Below are positions 57,601-63,889 of a stretch of 64,000 bases of DNA, piece after piece. The position numbers and the translations under genes are program-made. The notes under the pieces are model-generated. The model was not told the DNA's origin. It made no database searches and worked only from the letters and a program-made list of their open reading frames with translations. The stretch comes from a virus (taxonomy: Duplodnaviria > Caudoviricetes): the IMG/VR virus record IMGVR_UViG_3300020576_005251, positions 1 to 64,000 of that record. One strand, 5' to 3'. Position 1 is the stretch's first letter. Each line of letters opens with the position of its first letter.

Positions 57601-60600
57601 CCGACGCGACTACGCGTCGTGGGACGCGCTGACCAAGAGCATCGCGCACTTCAAGGACGAGGACGATCAGGTCGAGAAGACCGCCGCGACAAAGGACGAC
57701 GGACTCGTCCGCGTGCCGTACAGCCAGAACTTCCCGTTCCCTTCGAAGACCAGTCTGAACCACACGCTGAGCGTCAAGCCCGGCGACACTGTGGTAGCTG
57801 GGCAGCGCATGGGCGATTCCAACTACACGAAGGACGGCGTCCTCGCGCTCGGGCGCAACCTCCGCGTGGCGTACGTCCCCCACTACGGCCTGAACTCGAA
57901 CGACGCCGTGGTGATCAGCGAGGCGTGCGCCAAGAAGCTCACGAGCGAGCACGTGTACCGCGAGGTGTTCTCCATCCCGGTCGGCATGGAGTTCAGCAAG
58001 GAGCGGCACCAGTTCTACTACGGGACGAAGTACAGCCCTGCGCAATACGGCGTACTGGACACGCATGGCGTGGTCAAGAAGGGGGTGCGGGTCAACCCGA
58101 AGGACCTCCTGGTCTGCGGACTCGTGAAGACCCAGGTTGTCGGCACCGATGCCATCCTGGGGCGCATCTCCAAGGCGCTCGCCCGCCCCTATCAGGAGGT
58201 CGCGCTCACCTGGAACCACGGCACTCCGGGTGAGGTGATCGACGTGGTCCGTACGGGATCCCAGATCGCGGTCCTGGTGAAGACCATCGAGCAGATGCAG
58301 GTGGGGGACAAGCTCGCGGGTCGCCACGGCAACAAGGGCGTCGTGGCGAAGATCCTCCCTGATCACGAGATGCTGAAGGACGAAGCGGGCAACACGATCG
58401 ACCTCCTCCTGACGAGCGCAGGCGTGATCTCGCGCATCAACCCCTCACAGGTGTTGGAGACCGCGCTGGGCAAGGTCGTTGAGAAGACGGGCAAGCCGAT
58501 CGTCTTCGACAACAACATGCCGAGGAACCTGGAAGCCTGGACCGCTGAGCAGCTCAAGAAGCACAACATCAAGGACAAGGAGCACCTCTACGACCCGGTG
58601 TTGAAGCGTCACATCAAGGGCCCGGACGGCGCGGGCGTGTTCGTCGGGCGCCAGTTCATCTACAAGCTGTTCAAGAGCACCGACACGAACTTCTCGGGGC
58701 ACGGTGTTGGGCCGTACGATCTCAATGAACAGCCCCTGAAGACCGGGGGCGAAGAGTCCGCCAAGGGTATCGGGAAGATGGAGTTCGACGCGTTGATCGC
58801 GCACAACGCGCGCAACTTCCTGCGCGAGGCGTCCGCGATCAAGGGGCAGAAGAACGACGAGTTCTGGCGGGCGATCCAGCTGGGCCTCCCGCTCCCTGCC
58901 GCGAAGTCCCCGTTCGCCTTCAAGAAGTTCGTGGGGATGCTGGAGGGCGCGGGGCTGAAGGTGGATCAGCGTGGCTCCAAGTTCCAGCTGCTGCCGCTCA
59001 CCGACAAGGACATCCTGGCGCGATCGACCGGCGAGATCAAGAAGCCGGAGACGCTCATCGCGAAGAACCTCAAGCCCGAGGCTGGGGGTCTGTTCGACCC
59101 GAGGCTCACCGGGGGGCTTGGTGGGACGTTGTATTCGCACATCGACCTCCACGAGCCCATCCCTCACCCGGTGTTCAAGGAGCCGGTGCGGCGCCTGCTC
59201 GGGCTCACGGAGAAGGGCTTCGACGAGAAGCTCCAGACGCACGGTGGCGCGTGGTTTCACAAGGAACTGAAGGCGCTCGACACCGACCAGAAGCTCAAGG
59301 ATCTGCACGCGCGCCTGAAGACCGCGAAGGGCGCAGACCTCAACGACACCGTCAAGCAGATCAAGTACCTCGACGCACTGAACGCTCACGGCTACAAGCC
59401 GCACGACGCGTACGTCGTATCGAAGGTGCCTGTGGTGCCTCCGGTGTTTCGACCGATCATCGCTCAGCCGAACAACCCTGGGGAGCTGATGATCGCAGAC
59501 GCCAACAAGCTGTACATGCACGTGATGGATTCGAACCACACGCTGAAGAACACAGCGCTGGAGTCCGACATCGGCAAGCACCGCCGTCAGATGTTCAACG
59601 CAGTGGCGGCGCTCTACGGCACAGAGGACGTGGAGAACGACGAGCTGCGCGGACAGAGCGTGAAGGGCTTCCTGTCGAACATCGCAGGTGTCGGCACGCC
59701 CAAGGGCGGGTTCTTTCAGCGCAAGGTGATCCGCAAGACCCAGGACGTGTCGGGCCGTGGCACGGCGGTGCCCGATCCGACCTTGGGCATGGACAACGTC
59801 GGCATCCCCGAGCAGATGCTCTGGCAGATGTACGACAAGCTGATCATCGCGCGCATGGTGCGTCAGGGCCACACGGCGCTCGAAGCCAAGGAGGCCGTAC
59901 TCAAGAAGACGCCCTCGGCGAAGGCGGCGTTCATGCAGGAGATCGGCGAGCGGCCGGTGATGATCAATCGGGCGCCGACGCTCCATCGGTGGTCGATCGT
60001 GTCGGCGTACGCCGTACCCGTGCAAGGGAAGACGATTCGGGTGAACCCGTTTATCGAGAAGGGGTTGAATCTTGACTACGACGGGGATAATCAAGATTCA
60101 ACTGTAATCTTGATTCTGGCAAAGCCGCCTTTTGGCGGTTGTCATAATCGTGGTTCATACCTTGACTTCGTTACTGACAGTGCTACAGTGGTACTCCCTG
60201 GAGACCTTCGTCTCCCTCTCATGGAGGATCACATGGCCGCACGCTTCCGTACCGAAGTCCCTGCCCTCATCAACCAAGAGCTCGTCCTCTGCGATCTCGC
60301 GAACTTCCCACACGGGGAGAAGGTCAGTCAGAATGGGCACATCTCCTTCTACGCCGTGCCGGAGAATGTGTCGGTTCTCGCTCTCGACGAGGCTACCGGG
60401 CGCATCTGTGTGCAGCACCCCACGCTCTGGTCCCACCATGCTCAACGGGAGCGCGTCATCATCACGCTCGGCTCCGAACGACAGATCTTCTCCGACGACG
60501 ATCCGCGCGCTGTCTACGGCCTGGATTCGAATCTGAACTACATCAGGCGGCGCCCCTCGGAGTCCGTGGGCGTCTTCGTACCCGTCAGCTACGGCGCTAT

Positions 60601-61897
60601 CGGCGATGGGGGCGGCGCCACACTCGACACCCTCCCGGCAACCGACAAGGCGCCAGCGTTCCTCCTGACTGAAGATGCCGGGCACCTGATCGGAATGTTG
60701 ATCGGCAACGGATGGGTGGAGCCCTATCGTCTGCGTCTCGCCGGGATGAACAAGGGGATCCAGGCGCAGTTCCGCGCCGCCCTGCCCTCACTGTTCCCTG
60801 GGGTACCGATCAAGTTCGTAGTCTATGGGCACGACGCGAGCGGTGGATTCGGGGACTCAGAGGTCACGTGCGCCACCAGTGAACCCGGCACGCTGTTGTC
60901 TTCTCGGTTCCAGGGTATGTTCGGTCATGGTGCTGAGAACAAGCACCTCCCTACGTGGTTCCTGCGTACGACGTACGCATTCCGTCGGGGGCTCCTGGCT
61001 GGCCTCATCGACACAGACGGGTCTGTGTCAGTCAGCCACGGCAAGAAGAAGCCGCAGTGGATGGTGAACTATTCCAGCCGAAGTGGGCGCCTCGCGCGAG
61101 AGATCGTACTGCTGGCTCAATCGCTGGGTTTGCGCGCGAAAGTCACTCCGGCTAAGACGCCGCTGGGTGAGCCTCACTACGTCGTCAACTTCTCCACAGT
61201 CGAGCTCGGCCGCTTCGGACCGCTCCCCCTGGTTCACACTGAGAAGTCAGTGAAGTTCCGGGAGTTTCAAGCAGACCCTCCGGAAGCCAACGCTTCGTAC
61301 AACGCAACGAACCTCCTGCCGGTACCTGCTACGCTCGCGAAGCAGCTCAGCCGCCTCTTCAAGAGCGGTGGTTCGGATTATGCGAAGTGGTACCAGTCTA
61401 TCAAGAAGGGTTACGTGGCGCGCGCATTCGCGGAGGAGACTCTGACACTACATCCCACTCTGCGCGAGACGGATGACGGACTGATGCGGCGCTGGATCGA
61501 GCTCGTTGACAACAAGACGGTACGCTGGGACCAAGTCACGGAGTTTCGGGAGACCGGCATCGTCGAAGACGGCTACGATCTCACGGTCCCCGGCTATGAG
61601 ACGTTCATGAACGTCGAAGGCGTCATTCTCTCCAACACCCTCCAAGTCCACGCCCCCGTCACCCACGACGCCATCGCCGACGCGAAGAAGATGACCCTGT
61701 CCAACATGCTGCTCGCGGACAACACGCGGAACAAGATCCTCGCGTTCCCGCAGCACGAAGCGATCATCGGCTTCACCCATGGCTCGAAGCTAGCCCCCTC
61801 GAACAAGCCCGTGCGCCACTTCAAGTCGATGGAGGAGGCCATCGCGGCTTACAAACGCGGAGAGCTCGCTGCGAACGACCCGATCGAGGTATCCTAG
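54611..61897 (+). CDS. rpoBC: Multisubunit RNA polymerase beta + N-terminal beta' fusion, with two inteins and inserted kinase and pyrophosphatase domains
   Basis: Beta motifs: QLRRKPGVY, DPIRTPE, NRAIMASKMGTQA, LALGRN, GDKLAGRHGNKG, GKMEFDAL. Beta' motifs: GEIKKPET, GLFD, PVVPPVFRP, NRAPTLHR and catalytic NLDYDGD. Confidence 0.95.
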   Translation: MSEPTPILTDASVIRQRMHEKSISAIASTFPLTLRNGTLEVQDLKVVTRQFSPIDQYNALMREGTLQEAVKGTLVLKDKEGKVVDTAKNFTLVHVPHLTERHTLIMGGNEYQVANQLRRKPGVYTARADNGELRAIFNLGRGSNFNLGFTPDKGTFHVQLGTSNIPLYPVLRAAGVSHETIAHHLGDAVAKANQTYHGKEEERATGKLYAKLEHPALFNANLPHAEKVEAIRKKWDVTTLDPHVTEATLGTAYSKVTPEALLTAARKVLDVHGGHKATDDTDALTYKTFHSLDDFLHERIKLTARAWVPKAKLALATKGTIHEALRPAPFSDGVRKFITTGSLAAVPTAINPLELIDHAVKVTSLGEGGIPSDRAIPLDARMIHNTHFGALDPIRTPECFPPDVEVCTQRGWARWDDVSDSDAFLTMAGDLRVFQLPERIVREPYEGLMCHMTGEHIDCVVTPNHRVYGRATELADDAFVQAWELQGATQWYFPTEDPNFDSVYESALSTSVQPYRGMVYCATVPGGLLYVRRNGCTPYWTGNSSHSGVDIRATIAAHRDEAGNLYTVATNVKTKREEFLRAGDLRKYVVAFPGEELKGTVDAFKNGRVERVPASTVTHQIAHTSHLYSPATTLLPLIHGMQGNRAIMASKMGTQALPLIEREAPFVQSKSHLPGEISFEAMYGHMIAPRAPVSGKVVKIEDGWIHIRPEGVKKATHADVRHIFVTGHSGSGKSTYAKSLSSETGLPVHRLDDAPGLLAARKLGDTPTAERLSREAVDRSLTLSVPHIIEGTSALLTPDRMAGHRVVLMDAPREHILNARLQREVAQAASRGVPEDVGRRQAHGAGLYDYYAPHVDAVRRLSNVEVRAPGYVPTAKEAAEFVAYVEKTAEDRPTVKVRSFGPFTFHVEIPKGAKPFGHPFPCDYGYLPGYVGPDGDSLDFWVGSDKDGAFVSVDTEEQNAKGVWVKRDTKYVVGVPSNEVHLVLTQIERKPKTRCVNRRDYASWDALTKSIAHFKDEDDQVEKTAATKDDGLVRVPYSQNFPFPSKTSLNHTLSVKPGDTVVAGQRMGDSNYTKDGVLALGRNLRVAYVPHYGLNSNDAVVISEACAKKLTSEHVYREVFSIPVGMEFSKERHQFYYGTKYSPAQYGVLDTHGVVKKGVRVNPKDLLVCGLVKTQVVGTDAILGRISKALARPYQEVALTWNHGTPGEVIDVVRTGSQIAVLVKTIEQMQVGDKLAGRHGNKGVVAKILPDHEMLKDEAGNTIDLLLTSAGVISRINPSQVLETALGKVVEKTGKPIVFDNNMPRNLEAWTAEQLKKHNIKDKEHLYDPVLKRHIKGPDGAGVFVGRQFIYKLFKSTDTNFSGHGVGPYDLNEQPLKTGGEESAKGIGKMEFDALIAHNARNFLREASAIKGQKNDEFWRAIQLGLPLPAAKSPFAFKKFVGMLEGAGLKVDQRGSKFQLLPLTDKDILARSTGEIKKPETLIAKNLKPEAGGLFDPRLTGGLGGTLYSHIDLHEPIPHPVFKEPVRRLLGLTEKGFDEKLQTHGGAWFHKELKALDTDQKLKDLHARLKTAKGADLNDTVKQIKYLDALNAHGYKPHDAYVVSKVPVVPPVFRPIIAQPNNPGELMIADANKLYMHVMDSNHTLKNTALESDIGKHRRQMFNAVAALYGTEDVENDELRGQSVKGFLSNIAGVGTPKGGFFQRKVIRKTQDVSGRGTAVPDPTLGMDNVGIPEQMLWQMYDKLIIARMVRQGHTALEAKEAVLKKTPSAKAAFMQEIGERPVMINRAPTLHRWSIVSAYAVPVQGKTIRVNPFIEKGLNLDYDGDNQDSTVILILAKPPFGGCHNRGSYLDFVTDSATVVLPGDLRLPLMEDHMAARFRTEVPALINQELVLCDLANFPHGEKVSQNGHISFYAVPENVSVLALDEATGRICVQHPTLWSHHAQRERVIITLGSERQIFSDDDPRAVYGLDSNLNYIRRRPSESVGVFVPVSYGAIGDGGGATLDTLPATDKAPAFLLTEDAGHLIGMLIGNGWVEPYRLRLAGMNKGIQAQFRAALPSLFPGVPIKFVVYGHDASGGFGDSEVTCATSEPGTLLSSRFQGMFGHGAENKHLPTWFLRTTYAFRRGLLAGLIDTDGSVSVSHGKKKPQWMVNYSSRSGRLAREIVLLAQSLGLRAKVTPAKTPLGEPHYVVNFSTVELGRFGPLPLVHTEKSVKFREFQADPPEANASYNATNLLPVPATLAKQLSRLFKSGGSDYAKWYQSIKKGYVARAFAEETLTLHPTLRETDDGLMRRWIELVDNKTVRWDQVTEFRETGIVEDGYDLTVPGYETFMNVEGVILSNTLQVHAPVTHDAIADAKKMTLSNMLLADNTRNKILAFPQHEAIIGFTHGSKLAPSNKPVRHFKSMEEAIAAYKRGELAANDPIEVS
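55805..56239 (+). mobile_element. Mini-intein (145 aa, no endonuclease) in RNAP beta after TPE
   Basis: Starts CFPPDVEV; block B VTPNH; block F VYCATV; ends WTGN followed by Ser. Confidence 0.9.
56770..57225 (+). other. P-loop nucleotide-kinase-like domain inserted in RNAP beta
   Basis: HIFVTGHSGSGKST (Walker A at 56789-56815), IIEG, and VLMDAP...NARLQR lid-like segment. Confidence 0.75.
57290..57660 (+). other. Inorganic pyrophosphatase-like domain inserted in RNAP beta
   Basis: VEIPKG, PCDYGYLPG, DGDSLD and D-x-K match family I PPase signatures. Confidence 0.75.
60089..61636 (+). mobile_element. Non-canonical intein (516 aa) with LAGLIDADG homing endonuclease, directly after the catalytic DYDGD
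   Basis: HLIGMLIGNG and LLAGLIDTDG; block F GYDLTV; ends ILSN followed by Thr. Removing it restores NLDYDGD-TLQVHAP (compare NADFDGDQMAVHVP). Confidence 0.85.
60162..60235 (+). promoter_or_regulatory. Internal sigma70-like promoter, RBS and in-frame ATG inside intein 2
   Basis: TTGACT 60162-67, 16-nt spacer ending TGC, TACAGT 60184-89, GGAGGA 60223-28 and ATG 60233. Confidence 0.55.
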
Positions 61898-61900
61898 AGC

Positions 61901-62455
61901 ATGTTCGAGCAAGAGCTCATCGACGAGATCAACCGACACCTCAAGGCAGCGGAGGATCTCCCCCCGGAGATGGCTCCGCAGCCCGAGATGGCCCCGCAGC
62001 CTGAGTTGCCTCCGCAGCCGCCCGCGCTGCCGCAGGCGATCATCGGGCTGCTCCAGATTCAATACGCCGTACTGCTGGCGTACATGACCTACGGGGACCA
62101 GCTCCAGTGCATCGAGCGCGATGGGCTCTACGAACACTTCAAGACGCACGCGAAAGACCTCAAGGCGTGGATCTACGAGCTCCATCGCACCCTCGCCTCG
62201 ATGGGCACAGAGTCCTATCCCCAGGGCGTGTCTGTGCCCACGGCCCCGCTGAAGGCCGCGCGCCCCGCCATCGAGGCCCTGCTGGGTCTGGAGACACAGG
62301 TCCTCGACGGCTGGGCCAACTGCGCCGCTGTCCTCTCGACCGAACCTCCGGCGACGCAGGGAGAGCTCGCGGCGCTCACGACCTTCTTCGAAGACGGCGG
62401 GCGTAACACCCTGGCGCATGTCCAGGATCTGCGCCGCTACCTTGGGGGTGCGTGA
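61901..62455 (+). CDS. Ferritin-like four-helix-bundle protein (degenerate)
   Basis: QYAVLLAY...FKTHAKDLKAWIYELHRTLASMG...LGLETQ...AHVQDL follows the bacterioferritin/Dps helix pattern; N-terminal PEMAPQ tandem repeat. Confidence 0.5.
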   Translation: MFEQELIDEINRHLKAAEDLPPEMAPQPEMAPQPELPPQPPALPQAIIGLLQIQYAVLLAYMTYGDQLQCIERDGLYEHFKTHAKDLKAWIYELHRTLASMGTESYPQGVSVPTAPLKAARPAIEALLGLETQVLDGWANCAAVLSTEPPATQGELAALTTFFEDGGRNTLAHVQDLRRYLGGA

Positions 62456-62733
62456 TGAATATGGAGGTCAAGCTCCAGCGCCCCATGCGCTCCGGGGGCG
62501 GTCGCTTCTCCAGCGTGGACCACGCCTTCCGCCAGGGCGCGAACGACACCCTGAAGAAGCTCGCGCTGCTCGAACACGCTCCGGATCCGGGGGCATTCCT
62601 CGCGCAGCTCTTTCGCACCTCAAACTTCGGCTACGGCAAGGATCTGGCGACCCCCAAGACCACCTACACGCCGGTCACGCCGCAAGCTGAGCCCCTGATC
62701 CGCTTCTCCCCCTCCACCATCCAGACACGGTGA
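62452..62733 (+). CDS. Hypothetical protein
   Basis: Coupled ORF with a GGGGGT SD. Confidence 0.55.
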   Translation: MMNMEVKLQRPMRSGGGRFSSVDHAFRQGANDTLKKLALLEHAPDPGAFLAQLFRTSNFGYGKDLATPKTTYTPVTPQAEPLIRFSPSTIQTR

Positions 62734-62737
62734 TCCT

Positions 62738-63886
62738 GTGCCCTACGAGAGCCCCTACCAGAGCATGGTCGAAAACGAGGTGCTGTTCCAACAGCAGCCC
62801 TGGCTGAAGCGCATCCCGCACCAGATCCGACACGCAGTGACCCCCGTGAGTGATGCGCTCACCGGCACAGGCGCGGGCCTGATCGCGGGGACGGCGCTGG
62901 GCTCACCCAGGGCAGGAGCCGTCGTGGGCGGTGTGCTGGGCGGTCTCCATGGCGTGCTCGCACACAGCCCCACTCCTGCACAGGAGTGGGCGTACAACAA
63001 CCCCGAGCTCGTGCATGTGCTGAAGGCGCGGGCGGCGTACGACGCGGGGGGTGGGTTTGAGATGGGGAAAGCTGCGAGTTGGGAGAAGCTCGCAGTCAGT
63101 CCTGAGTGGGTCGGCGCGCGGCTGGAGTCGTTGAAGGACAGTACGGATCCTGACGTACGTGATCGCCTGTCAAAGCTCTACGATCTTACGGATGCTGCGG
63201 CCCGTCGCACGTGGTCGAAGGCAGATCAGGTTATGGAACAGAGCCCGCATGCCGATGCGACGCTCGGCCAGATCAAGCGGCTGGCTGCGCAGGGAGAGCC
63301 AGCGGCTGTTCAATACACACAAAGAGTCCAAGAAGCCAACAGGCTCCGTACGATCAACGCGGGGCCTATTGTCGGCGCGATCAATCGGATCGAGAGCAAC
63401 AGCCATCGCAAGTGGACTCAGCTAAAGATGGAGCAAGAGCTGCGGGAGTCGGAGCGTCGATTCGCGGAACAACTCGCGTCTGAATCTGCGGCGCGGTTGG
63501 CTGCGGCAACCAAGGCGCGGGATACCCACATCAAGACCCCCTTGGCCGTCGCGGTAGACAACGCTGAGGCGGCGCGCACCCACGCCTCCGAAGTTAGTCA
63601 GGCGTTCATTCGCATGGGCGAAAAGATGGATGCGCGTGCAGCTGAAACGCCGAAGGCTCCTGCGCCTGCCACGCACGCGCCTGCGCCTGCGCCTGTGCCT
63701 GCGCCTGCCACGCACGCGCCTGCCGCCGCCCCCACGTCCAACCTCCGTCGCAACCTCACCTTGGGTGCTGCGGTCGCTCTCCCGACCCTGGCCTATACGG
63801 CGTATCGGCACTTCGCCGACAAGCCTGACGCAGAGAAGGCTCGCGAAGCGGGCAAGACTGCTATGCTCCGCACCCTGGGGTTCTGA
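62738..63886 (+). CDS. Hypothetical protein with glycine-zipper-like segment, PA-rich linker and C-terminal hydrophobic helix
   Basis: GTGAGLIAG...GGVLGG, (PA)n and LGAAVALPTLAY. Confidence 0.6.
   Translation: MPYESPYQSMVENEVLFQQQPWLKRIPHQIRHAVTPVSDALTGTGAGLIAGTALGSPRAGAVVGGVLGGLHGVLAHSPTPAQEWAYNNPELVHVLKARAAYDAGGGFEMGKAASWEKLAVSPEWVGARLESLKDSTDPDVRDRLSKLYDLTDAAARRTWSKADQVMEQSPHADATLGQIKRLAAQGEPAAVQYTQRVQEANRLRTINAGPIVGAINRIESNSHRKWTQLKMEQELRESERRFAEQLASESAARLAAATKARDTHIKTPLAVAVDNAEAARTHASEVSQAFIRMGEKMDARAAETPKAPAPATHAPAPAPVPAPATHAPAAAPTSNLRRNLTLGAAVALPTLAYTAYRHFADKPDAEKAREAGKTAMLRTLGF
63659..63723 (+). repeat. 26-bp direct repeat encoding a PAPATHAP linker
   Basis: cctgcgcctgccacgcacgcgcctgc at 63659-63684 and 63698-63723. 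Confidence 0.8.
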
Positions 63887-63889
63887 ACC

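Larger units (their letters stand above)
796..63804. repeat. Dispersed palindromic motif RTACGSCGTAY (at least 35 copies of the TACGSCGTA core)
   Basis: Counted by eye; positions are listed in the findings. Confidence 0.9.

Noticed and set aside
54611-61897. Window as a bacterial chromosomal rpoBC locus
   Set aside because: No ribosomal protein neighbours, a truncated and rearranged subunit structure, and surrounding terminase, portal and baseplate genes.
796-63804. The palindrome as a CRISPR repeat, REP element or restriction site
   Set aside because: It is too short, lies kb apart inside CDSs, and is enriched rather than depleted.
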